A stretch of 60,440 nucleotides of DNA. It comes from a virus. Taxonomy: Duplodnaviria; Caudoviricetes. A program made the translations under genes and the position numbers. A model generated the notes under the pieces. The model was not told the DNA's origin. It was given only the letters and a program-made list of their open reading frames with translations, and did no database searches. This document shows, piece after piece, positions 48,402-58,524 of the stretch; within the stretch, counting starts at the first letter, position 1, and each line of letters starts with the position of its first letter. Location of the stretch: IMG/VR virus record IMGVR_UViG_3300037070_004226, positions 1-60,440 of that record; one strand, given 5' to 3'.

Positions 48402-48509
48402 GAGGTTCGCCCGCGAAAGTGTAACCGGGTCCAAACCGGCGCGGGTGCTTTGCTTCGGGTGAGGTAAACGGGTGAACGGCTCCCGAATAGCTGTTTAGAG
48501 GGTGAAACG

Positions 48510-49253
48510 ATGACTACGACATTAGAATTCCGCTGGTCAGTGAGTCGAGGGCGCGATACCTACGGCTACAACATCTGCACTTTGTACCTGAATGGCCGCA
48601 AGGTGGCCCGCTGCAATGGTGGCGGGTACGACATGAAGGGAACCTGCTATGGCTCATTTATCGCCTCCCATTATGCCAATCGACTGCTTGGACTCAAAAA
48701 GAGCGACATGCCCAAGCAGTCCCACTGGAATTCAAACCATCGGCAGATTTGCCGGGGCCAGTGTCACGAAGAGTACATGACTGCCTTGATCGACGACAAG
48801 AAGCCAGCCGAATTGCCAACGTATGAACGATGGGTAAATGAGACTTGCCCGGTGTGCGGCGGTGAACTGGGGACAACGGACATGGGCGAGCGAATCGACG
48901 AAGGCCGCTACTTCTACGGTCTGACCTACCACGACCCAAACTATGATCCTGCTGATGCTGTCATCGGTATTGACGCCAGTGATCGAACAATCGGCGGCGA
49001 GGCCAAGGGAATGACTGTGGGCGAGGCTGAGGCCGCTGGAAAGAGCCTTGGACTTGAGCGCTATCAAGCGATCTATTCCGCCAGCAGCAAGCACCCCACG
49101 AAGCGTCACACAGTTCCAAGTATTGACGGGGGCTGCGGTATGCGGTGCGTCGAGGACATCGCTAAGACCATCGGAATTACCCTGGAATACGTGCCGACGC
49201 GGAAGAAGCACGACAGCATTTACATCCTGCACGATTCAACTGCCGCCGAATAG
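48510..49253 (+). CDS. Conserved phage hypothetical protein
   Basis: WSVSRGRDTYGYNIC..GGGYDMKGT and IDGGCG motifs; CxxC insert. Confidence 0.7.
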   Translation: MTTTLEFRWSVSRGRDTYGYNICTLYLNGRKVARCNGGGYDMKGTCYGSFIASHYANRLLGLKKSDMPKQSHWNSNHRQICRGQCHEEYMTALIDDKKPAELPTYERWVNETCPVCGGELGTTDMGERIDEGRYFYGLTYHDPNYDPADAVIGIDASDRTIGGEAKGMTVGEAEAAGKSLGLERYQAIYSASSKHPTKRHTVPSIDGGCGMRCVEDIAKTIGITLEYVPTRKKHDSIYILHDSTAAE

Positions 49254-49378
49254 TTCACCCCCTCGCGCCCCACGAGGTTAACCAGGGGCAGGCCCTCTTA
49301 GTCGGCTGCCTGCACGGTGGCGAGGGCTGCACGAATCCGGGTGTGATTCGACCGAAGGCCGACGATTGGAGAAATGCC

Positions 49379-49636
49379 ATGCAATTCACAGTAGGTCAGC
49401 GGGTGAAGCACTCCGGCCGAGTCATTCAGGACAAGCGAGACTATTGGAACCGCTGCGGGCGGGAGCCTATGAAATCAGGGGCCAAGCGAGCCCTTGACGC
49501 GGCCGTATTAGAGCGCGGGCACGTTACCGCGATTCTGGCAGGCGACCCGGCGCGCGGCGTTTCGCCAGGGCTGGAAATCACATGGGCAAGCGGCGTCGTG
49601 TCGCGCTGCCTTTCTTACTTGGTGGAGGCCGCTTAA
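49379..49636 (+). CDS. Hypothetical protein
   Basis: GGAG RBS; FTVGQRV N-terminus. Confidence 0.6.
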   Translation: MQFTVGQRVKHSGRVIQDKRDYWNRCGREPMKSGAKRALDAAVLERGHVTAILAGDPARGVSPGLEITWASGVVSRCLSYLVEAA

Positions 49637-50032
49637 ATGGGAAAGGAACTGATGGCCGCGGCAGAAAGGATTCGCCGCGTAGAGGCTGGGGAATCGAAAC
49701 TGGCCGTCTATTGCACGATGGATGCAATCGAGCGACCATCAACGCAGAAGTGGCAGGAAAGCCTTGCCGATGTCGCCCACCACAAGGATGCTTGGATGCT
49801 CGCGCGATTCCTGCACTCGCAAGCCGATGACGACCGCGATGCCCTGGAAGTTGGGGTGATTCGCACGCCAAACATCGACCACGAACCGACTGAGCGCGAA
49901 ATCTTTGACGCTGGCTTCGCAGCCTGCCGGTCATACGGCGACAACCACATACATTATCGTGGCCAGCAGGCGGACCAAGTGTTTGCCGCGGCGATGGCAC
50001 GTCTACGCGATGTCCCAATTAGCAAGCCATGA
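49637..50032 (+). CDS. Hypothetical protein
   Basis: GGAGG RBS; coupled to neighbours. Confidence 0.6.
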   Translation: MGKELMAAAERIRRVEAGESKLAVYCTMDAIERPSTQKWQESLADVAHHKDAWMLARFLHSQADDDRDALEVGVIRTPNIDHEPTEREIFDAGFAACRSYGDNHIHYRGQQADQVFAAAMARLRDVPISKP

Positions 50033-50238
50033 GCGACCACGAACAAGTACCGAGCCACGAAGATCGTTTCGACGATTGGGACCAGTACGAGCGCGAACTG
50101 GAGCCGATCGGCTCTTGCTGCAACTGTTCCGTCAACGTGTACGAAGAAGACGCATGGTTTTTCGATGGCGGAGTTGTCCTATGCGACCAGTGTGCTTGGC
50201 TCGCAATGGGATGCCCTGGACCACAAGGAGCTGCTTAA
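50029..50238 (+). CDS. Small Cys-rich hypothetical protein
   Basis: CCNC..CDQC. Confidence 0.6.
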   Translation: MSDHEQVPSHEDRFDDWDQYERELEPIGSCCNCSVNVYEEDAWFFDGGVVLCDQCAWLAMGCPGPQGAA

Positions 50239-50985
50239 ATGAACCTATCAAAACTAGCTGACCCCTTCCCCGACGAAGACATTGAGTGGCGAGTCTCCCA
50301 CGCCGGCCGAGGAGGGAAGGGAATCTACTGCCTGGTTGTGGCTTACATCACGGCCAGGGCGATCATGAAGCGGCTCGATGAGGTCGTTGGCCCCGAGAAC
50401 TGGCGGAACGAGGAGCCGCGGATGATTGAGGTGGGCAAGTCCGGCGCGTTCGCGGGCGGAATCTCCATCAAGATTGAAGGGGAGTGGATCACGAAATGGG
50501 ACGTGTGCGAACCTACCGCAGTCGAGCCGGCCAAGGGCGGCTTTAGCGGGGCCATGAAGCGGGCCGGCGCTCAGTGGGGCATTGGCCGCTATCTCTATTA
50601 CCTGGATGAAACCTTCGCCGAGACTTCCGAAGAGAACCAGAAGGGTTCCCGAGTTTGGAACAAGGCCAAGACCAAGGATGGCGTCGAATACTACTGGAAG
50701 GCCCCCGGCTTGCCAGCTTGGGCGCTTCCCAAGGGCGAGGAGCCGGAAGTCAAGCCCGCCGAGCTCAACCAACTCAAGAAGGTCTGGCAGGCGAAATTCG
50801 CCCCCGATCAGAAGAACAAGAAGGAACTGGCCGAGGGCTTCACGCGCTTCGTCACGTCAGTTGTGGGCGAATTCCCAATGGCTGACGCCTCGACCTGGAC
50901 GCATGACGCTTTGGAACGCTGCACGAAGCGGATCGCCGAGACTAAAGAACCTGGTGGCGTTAGTTCGGATGTACCCTTTGAGTGA
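50239..50985 (+). CDS. Rad52/Rad22-family ssDNA annealing protein (Sak-like)
   Basis: AYITARAIMKRLDEVVGPENW, KGGFSGAMKRAGAQWGIGRYLY, acidic DVPF tail. Confidence 0.9.
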   Translation: MNLSKLADPFPDEDIEWRVSHAGRGGKGIYCLVVAYITARAIMKRLDEVVGPENWRNEEPRMIEVGKSGAFAGGISIKIEGEWITKWDVCEPTAVEPAKGGFSGAMKRAGAQWGIGRYLYYLDETFAETSEENQKGSRVWNKAKTKDGVEYYWKAPGLPAWALPKGEEPEVKPAELNQLKKVWQAKFAPDQKNKKELAEGFTRFVTSVVGEFPMADASTWTHDALERCTKRIAETKEPGGVSSDVPFE

Positions 50986-51406
50986 GGAACCGATGGCTGA
51001 ATTACTATGGTCCTGCATCGAAATGATCCTGATTGCCTCAGAGGAATACCCAAGGAGCGATTTGTGAAACACCCACTATTAGAAATCCGCGACCGAGCCA
51101 ACGCCCTGGAGCGCGAGATCATCAACACGAAGATCGGTGACACCGAGGCCCTGCTCGCCAACGTCCTGACGCTGACAATGCTGGTTCGCGGCCTGATTGC
51201 CGTGGCCATGGCTGAAGTAGAGGAGAGCCGAGTATGACCGAAACACCTGATGAACTCCTGGCAAAGCTCAATATCTACGAAGTCCACGACGCCCGCGGCA
51301 AGCTCCTGACGACGGTTCAGGGGAACGACCCGCGATCAGTTCTTGGAATTATGCTCCTTGTATGGGGCGATGGAATCACTGTGAAACAGGTAAATGAGAG
51401 GAACGA

Positions 51407-51958
51407 ATGAGTCACGATTACGTCAGCAAGCGGATTGCCAAAGTCGCTCGTGATGACTTGGACGCGCTTCGCCATTGGCCGTGGATTGTCATGGGCACTC
51501 GTCGATTCCGTCGCTACCGATTTGCGCAGGTCGGCGATGCAATGCAGCTTGGAGCCGTGCATCTCTGCAAGAGCCTTCTCACCCACGACTCACGCAAAGG
51601 AAAGGTCCTGACCTACTGCGGCACCTCGATCCATGCCGTCATGGCTCAGTGGATGTTCGCTCAAATCAAATGGGCAGAGGCAAGGAAGCCGCTTCGTGAA
51701 GACAGCCTCGTTCAAGACGATTCATTTCTGGAAGAGGCTGTCTATCACTCCGAATGCCGGGAGACGATTGCAAAGCTCATGAAGCATTTGACCTATCGGG
51801 AACGCCTGATTGTTAAGCGGCGATGCGAGGAAGACACCTTAGAGGAAGTCGCCAGAGAAGTTGGGGTTACGAAGGAGCGGATTCGCCAAATCGAAGCCCG
51901 CGCCCACGGCAGGATGCGCGACGCTGCGATTAAATACGGCATTGTATGCCCATACTAA
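51407..51958 (+). CDS. Sigma-70 family RNA polymerase sigma factor
   Basis: Region 4 HTH TLEEVAREVGVTKERIRQIE; degenerate region 2. Confidence 0.8.
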   Translation: MSHDYVSKRIAKVARDDLDALRHWPWIVMGTRRFRRYRFAQVGDAMQLGAVHLCKSLLTHDSRKGKVLTYCGTSIHAVMAQWMFAQIKWAEARKPLREDSLVQDDSFLEEAVYHSECRETIAKLMKHLTYRERLIVKRRCEEDTLEEVAREVGVTKERIRQIEARAHGRMRDAAIKYGIVCPY

Positions 51959-51967
51959 GGAACAGCC

Positions 51968-53143
51968 GTGAGCCGACTCAGAAAGCGATTCCTCGATTGC
52001 TCCAACATGACCCGCGAGGAGGCCGAGCGCTGGGGGTCAGAGTTGATCGAAGTCCAGCGGGACATTATGTTTCAGATTGGGGACCTCGCCCGCTTCGCCG
52101 AGGCGAAGTGGCCTGACACCCATACCCAAATCTGGCCGGAATGGGTTTCCCCTGGCCTGCTCTCCCGCGCCGCCGGCGTCTGCCGAGCTTATCCCAAGTT
52201 TGAGGACCGCGAGGCCGAAGCAACCTATTCCCAGTACATGCAGGTCGCTTCCAAGCCCGATCGCCTGAACCGCCTGGCCGCGATGGTCGATCAGGGGCAG
52301 ACCACTGATGAATCACGCCAAGCGGCCAAAGAGGAGAAGTCAAACGGGGGCCCCAGGTGGCTCCTGGCGATCGACGTCAACTATTTCCTACACCGCTTCT
52401 GGTTCTCGGGCGCCGGCGTCGAAGCCGCGGTCAGCGTGGCGACGTGGGTTCAGAGGACGGTGAACCGGCTCAAAGAGAAGGGACTGACAGATTGCGCCTG
52501 CTGTTTCGACTCTAAGTCGAATCACCGCAAGGAGTTCACGAAGGACTGGGAGGATAAGTACAAGGATAGACCCCCGAAGGACCCCGAACTGGTTCAGCAA
52601 TTGAACCTCGTCTATGACCTCCTGAAGGGGGCTGGCTTCGCTTGTGTGGGCTTGGAAGGGTTTGAGGCGGATGATGTGATGGCTTCCTACGCGAAGCAGT
52701 TCCAGGGCCGTGTAACGCTTCTGACGCAAGACAAAGACTGCCGGTCGAGTCTTTCCGAGAAGTGCAACATGCTCCTAGACGTGGAATGGACCACGGACGA
52801 AACGAGCGGCGACTCCCTGCCAGAATACAAGTGGCTCAGCGCCAAGACCCACACCGATAAAACCGGGATTCCTCCGTCCCAATGGGTTGCCTTCCAATGC
52901 CTGATGGGTGATGCAACAGACGGAATCAAAGGAGCGCCAGGGATCGGAGAGAAGGGGGCGGCTGACATCGTGAAGATGTTCGGGACGGTCGAAGCCGCAA
53001 TCGCAGCGGCCAAGACTGGGGACGAGCGACTGAAACCCAGGCAGCGCGAGTCTCTCATCGCGTTCGAGCCCAAAGCCGAAGTCACTCGCAAACTCGTGAC
53101 CTTAGTTGACAGCCTTGAGGTTCCAACTACCACGCGAATCTGA
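51968..53143 (+). CDS. 5'-3' exonuclease / flap endonuclease with an N-terminal extension
   Basis: AIDVN, CFDS, EADDVM, DKD, LMGDATDGIKGAPGIGEKGA (H3TH). Confidence 0.9.
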   Translation: MSRLRKRFLDCSNMTREEAERWGSELIEVQRDIMFQIGDLARFAEAKWPDTHTQIWPEWVSPGLLSRAAGVCRAYPKFEDREAEATYSQYMQVASKPDRLNRLAAMVDQGQTTDESRQAAKEEKSNGGPRWLLAIDVNYFLHRFWFSGAGVEAAVSVATWVQRTVNRLKEKGLTDCACCFDSKSNHRKEFTKDWEDKYKDRPPKDPELVQQLNLVYDLLKGAGFACVGLEGFEADDVMASYAKQFQGRVTLLTQDKDCRSSLSEKCNMLLDVEWTTDETSGDSLPEYKWLSAKTHTDKTGIPPSQWVAFQCLMGDATDGIKGAPGIGEKGAADIVKMFGTVEAAIAAAKTGDERLKPRQRESLIAFEPKAEVTRKLVTLVDSLEVPTTTRI

Positions 53144-53272
53144 TATGATCGCCCTTGAAAGCATGGCTCCACGAACACGCAACCTCGGGCGGAATGTCCG
53201 CGCTATCTGCGCTGGCCATGCTTTCACCCGCCCGAGGTTGTTTCATTTGAGGAAAGCACAAATGAAGGCCCC

Positions 53273-53809
53273 ATGCCCAAGCTGACCCCCGAACAGAGAT
53301 CCCAGAACGCCCGCGAGCGGATGCTTGATTGCGCCAAGCAATATCAGCTTGGAACGTACAGCCGGAAGTTCGTTGCGCCCGTATTCCAGGAGATGATTCG
53401 GGCGGAAGCCGGGGCCATGCCCGAGGGGTTCACGACAACCATCATTAACGGCGATATCGGCCAGAGCTTCCGAAGCGAGGGCGATTGCGCCTGCGTCACC
53501 TGCGGAACCGTCAAAGCGTGGGACAGCGGCATAAAGGGAATCCACTGCGGCCATTTCCTCGCGTCGAGGTGTAACTCGATTCTGTTTGAAGAGGACAACG
53601 TGGCCCCTCAGTGTTCGGCCTGTAATTACTATCGGAGCGGGGAACCACAGCACTTCAGACACTGGATGCTCGAAGTCCGGCCCGAAGCGGTCGAGCGATT
53701 AGAGCGGCTTAAAACCCAGTCGAAGACGTTCACACGGGATGAGCTCGTGGATATGCGAATCGGTTATAAAGCGCGGCTGGATGCAGCCGTTGAAAGGATG
53801 AGAACATGA
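53273..53809 (+). CDS. NinG/Rap-like recombination endonuclease
   Basis: CVTCG, HCGHF..R, FEEDNVAPQCSACN. Confidence 0.85.
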   Translation: MPKLTPEQRSQNARERMLDCAKQYQLGTYSRKFVAPVFQEMIRAEAGAMPEGFTTTIINGDIGQSFRSEGDCACVTCGTVKAWDSGIKGIHCGHFLASRCNSILFEEDNVAPQCSACNYYRSGEPQHFRHWMLEVRPEAVERLERLKTQSKTFTRDELVDMRIGYKARLDAAVERMRT

Positions 53810-54129
53810 ACATCGAGCGATTACTGGACTGGGTGAACAAGGCCATTCACTTGGCGACTTTCGACCGCGAACGGTTTCGCGTGAGAGCCATCCAAAGCGT
53901 CGATGGAACCGAGATTCAGATGTACGCGGAAACGCGATTCCCCTTCCCAGAGGAAGGGAAGATACTCGTGAACTACCAGATTGTTCGGCTGGAGGACTGC
54001 GCCAACGGATTCGACGTGAGGCAACTGACTGACATCGTGGAAGGCGCGGTCCAAATGCTTGAGTGGAAGATCGAAGACGATGGTAAATCGGTTACGCGGC
54101 CCGATTACAAGCCGCGGTGGCAAGGATGA
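53806..54129 (+). CDS. Hypothetical protein
   Basis: ATGA-coupled to the NinG-like gene. Confidence 0.6.
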   Translation: MNIERLLDWVNKAIHLATFDRERFRVRAIQSVDGTEIQMYAETRFPFPEEGKILVNYQIVRLEDCANGFDVRQLTDIVEGAVQMLEWKIEDDGKSVTRPDYKPRWQG

Positions 54130-54142
54130 AGGGAGACAGCCA

Positions 54143-54343
54143 ATGTTAGTTCTGAGTCGAAAGAGGAATGAATCAATCATGCTAGGCGACGACGTGAAGA
54201 TCACAGTCGTCAGTATTAAATCGAACGCAGTTCGGCTAGCGATCGTCGCTCCATCGAACATCCCAGTTCACCGGCAGGAAGTTTGGGACGACATTCAGAA
54301 ATATGGGTCGAAGCGCTTGACAGACGACCCGCTGGAAGAGTAG
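54143..54343 (+). CDS. csrA: Carbon storage regulator CsrA
   Basis: MLVLSRKRNESIMLGDDVKITVV...VRLAIVAP..IPVHRQEV. Confidence 0.92.
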   Translation: MLVLSRKRNESIMLGDDVKITVVSIKSNAVRLAIVAPSNIPVHRQEVWDDIQKYGSKRLTDDPLEE

Positions 54344-54471
54344 ATTCTCCACATGCACGAAACCAGAATGATTCCCGCACAAGTGTAAAGCCCGGCTGGG
54401 GAAATTCTGCGCGGCTCTGCCGCACTGGTTTCGTGCAAACCCAGCCGGGCCTCCCTTGTTTGGAGTTGATA

Positions 54472-55464
54472 ATGGAAACCAAATCGCTCCCAGTTGACCT
54501 GCTCCGAATCGACGCCGGAACTCAAAGCCGACTGGCGATCAACGAAGAGGTCGTCGAGGACTACTCTGAAATAGTCGAAGGCTCAAAGCAGTGGCCCTTC
54601 GACGAGATCGACGTGTTCCACGACGGCAGCGATTACCTCGTGGCCGACGGCTTCCACCGGACACTCGGGGCGAAGAGGGCGAAGCGGGCCTCCATTCCCT
54701 GCCGAGTTCACAAGGGAACAGCCATCGACGCCCGCATCTTCGGAATGACCGCGAACGACCGCCACGGCCTGCGAATGAGCCGAGCCGACAAAAGGTCATG
54801 CGTCGAGTGGCTTTTAGACAACCAGCCCAAGATGACTCAGGCGGACGTTGCTGAGAAATCTGGCGTAAACCCAAGGACAGTAAGGCGTATCGTCGCAGAC
54901 CGCAAGCCTTCGGTTCTGGACAAGAATAGGACATTGTCCTACTCCAGTGACAAGGTGGACGATTCAATCAGCGAGAAGGGGAGGTCCGGCGGCGAAGTGT
55001 CTACGTCGTCAGCTACAACCCCTGCTTCGACCGCCCCGGAACCCGGCGAGGCCGCTGATCTTCCGCTGGACTTCGACCCATTCGGCTTTGATTCACGAGG
55101 AGAGGATGAACGAACGGATACACAGGGCAATGAGGCCCAAGGAACGGATCCCCGGCCGCCGAGGAGTGGCAAGGACAAGCCGGGGACTGGGACATGTCCC
55201 TGTTGCACTGGGAAAAAGTGGGTTCAGGACGAATTCGGATTCACCTGCGCCAAGTGCCATCATCCGTGGGGCGAAGTGGCTGATGTCCAGATCGAGGAGC
55301 AAAAGGATCACGTTGGAACGCTTCGCTCGAAGACGGTTAAGACGGTCGAGGCCCTGATGCGGGCGTTCGGCGACCTGAATCAACTCTGCCCCAAGGCGGG
55401 TACTCATAAGACGGCGATTGATCTGTGTAAGACTCTTCTGAAAAGCGCCCAATCATGGAAATGA
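54472..55464 (+). CDS. ParB-like N-terminal domain protein with an HTH and a Zn finger
   Basis: GTQSR, LVADGFHR, AN..HGLR, TQADVAEKSGVNPRTV, CPCC..CAKC. Confidence 0.8.
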   Translation: METKSLPVDLLRIDAGTQSRLAINEEVVEDYSEIVEGSKQWPFDEIDVFHDGSDYLVADGFHRTLGAKRAKRASIPCRVHKGTAIDARIFGMTANDRHGLRMSRADKRSCVEWLLDNQPKMTQADVAEKSGVNPRTVRRIVADRKPSVLDKNRTLSYSSDKVDDSISEKGRSGGEVSTSSATTPASTAPEPGEAADLPLDFDPFGFDSRGEDERTDTQGNEAQGTDPRPPRSGKDKPGTGTCPCCTGKKWVQDEFGFTCAKCHHPWGEVADVQIEEQKDHVGTLRSKTVKTVEALMRAFGDLNQLCPKAGTHKTAIDLCKTLLKSAQSWK

Positions 55465-55799
55465 AACACACCCCCGGCCCGTGGTGCGTCGAATCGGCAA
55501 TGGGCGAAGACACCGACATCGCCCTCGCCTATGAGATTCCGAGCGAAGGCTCCCCCATCATCATCGCCACCTGCTTTCCTGGCGACAAAACGGAGGAAGA
55601 CGACGGGGACGCGATTACCTACAAACAGGCCAGAGCCAACGCCAAGTTGATGGCCGCTGCGCCGGACATGCTGGCTGCGTTGCGAGTTGCCGATGACGCG
55701 ATTTGCCAAGCAACCTGGGAGGTTCGGCAGAAAGAACTGACGAACGCCAGCAACATCGTCAGGGCCGCGATTGCCAAGGCGGAAGGACTGCAAAAATGA
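55455..55799 (+). CDS. Conserved phage hypothetical protein
   Basis: KHTPGPW...ANAKLMAAAPDMLAAL...AIAKAEG family. Confidence 0.8.
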   Translation: MEMKHTPGPWCVESAMGEDTDIALAYEIPSEGSPIIIATCFPGDKTEEDDGDAITYKQARANAKLMAAAPDMLAALRVADDAICQATWEVRQKELTNASNIVRAAIAKAEGLQK

Positions 55800-56356
55800 T
55801 TAAGCTCACTGACGACGAATTGAAGATGGACCTGCCTGCCGCTCTGGCCGAAACCGAGATGGCAATCAAGGCCCTCGCTGCCATCAGCCAAGCAGTTCCC
55901 GAAGAGGCGTACCAGATTCGCAGCATAATGCGGCGTGCGATTGCTGGTGAACTTGACCGCGACCAGTACAAGAAGGAGCGGGATGGCCTGCTCGATGACA
56001 AGCGGGTGCTTGGGGACCGCCTCAGCCGCGTCGCCGCCGAGCGGGCAGAGGCCATAAGCGAGAGGGACAAGGAACGCTGGCGGAATCAGGACGAGCAAGG
56101 CAAGTGGCTGGAAACCAGGGACGCAAACCAGCGAATCACCGCAGAGCTTGCAGCACTGAAGGGCGGCACTGCGGCTGACGATGTGCGGATGCTCCGGCGA
56201 GCAATAGGTGTGATGGTTCCGACGATTTGCCGCTGCTACCGAGACACGACCCCATCGGCTAACGACCATGAGGCTGCCGAGAAAACGCTGGCTCGCATTG
56301 ATGCGGCGATGCGTGCGACCGCCAAGTATGGCCCCCACGACGGAGAACCGATGTGA
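55796..56356 (+). CDS. Coiled-coil hypothetical protein
   Basis: ATGA coupling at the 5' end; stop overlaps the helicase GTG. Confidence 0.65.
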   Translation: MIKLTDDELKMDLPAALAETEMAIKALAAISQAVPEEAYQIRSIMRRAIAGELDRDQYKKERDGLLDDKRVLGDRLSRVAAERAEAISERDKERWRNQDEQGKWLETRDANQRITAELAALKGGTAADDVRMLRRAIGVMVPTICRCYRDTTPSANDHEAAEKTLARIDAAMRATAKYGPHDGEPM

Positions 56357-57951
56357 TAGCCTTACCGGACTTGTGGAAACACCAGGAAGACCTCCGCGAC
56401 CGCACCCGCGCCGCCCTGGCGGCGCACGGTCGGGTGATTCTCTGTGCGAACCCCGGTTTCGGGAAGACTCGCTGCTCGAAGTGGATTCTGGGGACTGCGG
56501 CGAACCGGGCTCCACTTCCGAATCAGACCGGCCGAAGCCTGTTCTGCGTTCATCGCCGCGGCCTGGTGGACAACGCCTCCGATTCCTTCCTGGAAGACCC
56601 CAAGCTCCCGCATGGAATCATTATGAGCGGTCGAGACGCCGCCTACGGCCACCGAATTCAGGTCGCCTCGATCGACACGATGCTCAGTTGGTTCATCGAG
56701 GACGACCAGTACCACACCGACATTACCTTTGACCTGATCGTGTTCGACGAGTGCCACTCACACCACGATAAGCTGGCCCGATTCCTGAAGTACCACGACC
56801 AGAAGCGAGAAGCCCTCGGCCAGCACCCCGCTTACGTGATCGGCCTCTCCGCGACGCCCCAAGCGAAGGGACTGGCGGACGTTTACAAGGAAATCGTGCT
56901 CGGGCCGACGACCCAGTGGCTGATCGAGAACAAGTTCCTCAGTCCCTTCCGCTACTTCAAAGGGGTTCAGGGGAAGCTCGGCCTGCTCGTGAAGCGGGGG
57001 GATGAGTTCACCAAGGACAGCGAAGCGGCCGCGATGGAAGGGATGTCCGGCGATCTGGTGAGGGACTGGAAGAAGTTCGCAGACGGTCGCCCCACGGTCG
57101 GGTTCTTCCCGCGCCGTTCACACGCCCAGGACGCCCTGGAACAACTCACAGCCGCCGGTCTCAAGGTGGCCTACGTGGACGGGGACACCGACGACCCCGT
57201 GCGCCGAGCGATGTTCTGGGATCTGAACCACGGGAAGCTCGATTACATTTGCAACGTCCAGGTGATCGAGCGGGGAACAGATATTCCGCGAATCGGCTGC
57301 ATCCAGTTGTGCGTGGCCGTTGGAAGCGTCGTCAGATATCGCCAGATGATCGGCCGCGGAAGCCGGATCCACCCTGAGAAGGTCGACTGCCTGGTGCTCG
57401 ACCACGGGGGAAACATCCTCAGACACGGTTTCTTCGAGGATGACCCGCCATGGAGTTTGGACCGTTCCGAGAAGAACCCCGGTGATCACAAGACCCGCCC
57501 GACGATCGAATGCCCCAAGTGTCAGGCGATCTACCGAGGGGGGAAGTGCCGGCAGTGCGGCTACGAACCGTCTTCCGCGGAACGACGCGGGCAGGGGCTG
57601 GAATTCGATGGGAAGGAGCTCGCCGAGGTCAAGGCCAAGGAGAAGGCCCCGATCAAGGTCTGTTCGGCCGAGGTTCTGATGGTGCGTGCCCTCTATATCG
57701 CGGGGAAGTCCGGTCGAACCTGGCGGCAGTGCTGTGGGATCTTCAACGGTCTCTGCAAGCGGCAGGGGACGCCGGAGTACAGGATTCCAAGCTCAGTAAG
57801 CGTTTCAGGCAAGAGATACCAGATGCCCCGCTATGGAACTTCTGACGGTGGGCAGAGGGTAGGGCATATCTTCCCGTTCACGATTGAGAAGGGGAATCAC
57901 GGCGGAAATTACCTGGAAGAGCCCCAGGAGAGGCAACATTCAGCGTTTTAA
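56353..57951 (+). CDS. SF2 helicase with a C-terminal Zn finger (allele B, full length)
   Basis: PGFGKT, DECH, SATP, QMIGRGSR. Confidence 0.93.
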   Translation: MIALPDLWKHQEDLRDRTRAALAAHGRVILCANPGFGKTRCSKWILGTAANRAPLPNQTGRSLFCVHRRGLVDNASDSFLEDPKLPHGIIMSGRDAAYGHRIQVASIDTMLSWFIEDDQYHTDITFDLIVFDECHSHHDKLARFLKYHDQKREALGQHPAYVIGLSATPQAKGLADVYKEIVLGPTTQWLIENKFLSPFRYFKGVQGKLGLLVKRGDEFTKDSEAAAMEGMSGDLVRDWKKFADGRPTVGFFPRRSHAQDALEQLTAAGLKVAYVDGDTDDPVRRAMFWDLNHGKLDYICNVQVIERGTDIPRIGCIQLCVAVGSVVRYRQMIGRGSRIHPEKVDCLVLDHGGNILRHGFFEDDPPWSLDRSEKNPGDHKTRPTIECPKCQAIYRGGKCRQCGYEPSSAERRGQGLEFDGKELAEVKAKEKAPIKVCSAEVLMVRALYIAGKSGRTWRQCCGIFNGLCKRQGTPEYRIPSSVSVSGKRYQMPRYGTSDGGQRVGHIFPFTIEKGNHGGNYLEEPQERQHSAF

Positions 57952-57990
57952 CCTTAAGGCCCATAAGCACTTATTTAGGAGAAGCATGTT

Positions 57991-58275
57991 ATGGCGAAGA
58001 AGAAGATCAAAGTTCCGAAGGAGTCCCAGACGTACATCGACGGAACCGCCGAGGAGCGGATTCCGGCGATTGAACGGGCCGCCTCTGCCTACGCGGACTT
58101 CCGCGACCAGCGGATTGAGGCCGGAGAGCAGGAGGTCAAACTGAAGCAGAAGCTGATCAGCGTGATGAAGGATCACAGCCTCGAAACGTACAAGTTCGAT
58201 GGGTTCATGGTGATTCTGACTCACGTTGACGAGGACGAGATCAAGGTGAAGAAGCTGAGGGCGGCGAAAGAGTAG
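57991..58275 (+). CDS. Hypothetical 94-aa protein (allele B)
   Basis: Near-identical to 1320..1604. Confidence 0.85.
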   Translation: MAKKKIKVPKESQTYIDGTAEERIPAIERAASAYADFRDQRIEAGEQEVKLKQKLISVMKDHSLETYKFDGFMVILTHVDEDEIKVKKLRAAKE

Positions 58276-58286
58276 TTGCTCGACCT

Positions 58287-58517
58287 ATAACCCCCAGTTG
58301 GGCAAAAGGTACTTGGCTCCCCCACCGACGGCTGCGGCTCTAAGCGGGGAGCGAACAAATCAGTCACCTACAGCAAGCGGGAAAGCCGTAGGCAAGGTGC
58401 ATGATTGAAGCTGGAGGAACCGGTTCGCCGGTTGGGTTGGTGAAGAACCAACAGTTGCGGCAGCTTACCAAATAACTCGCGGGGTTTAGGTTTCTTTGCG
58501 TTTCACGCCGGAGTTGA
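58287..58517 (+). ncRNA. Candidate structured non-coding RNA (allele B)
   Basis: Second copy of 1667..1898 with structure-preserving differences. Confidence 0.6.
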
Positions 58518-58524
58518 CTCTGCT

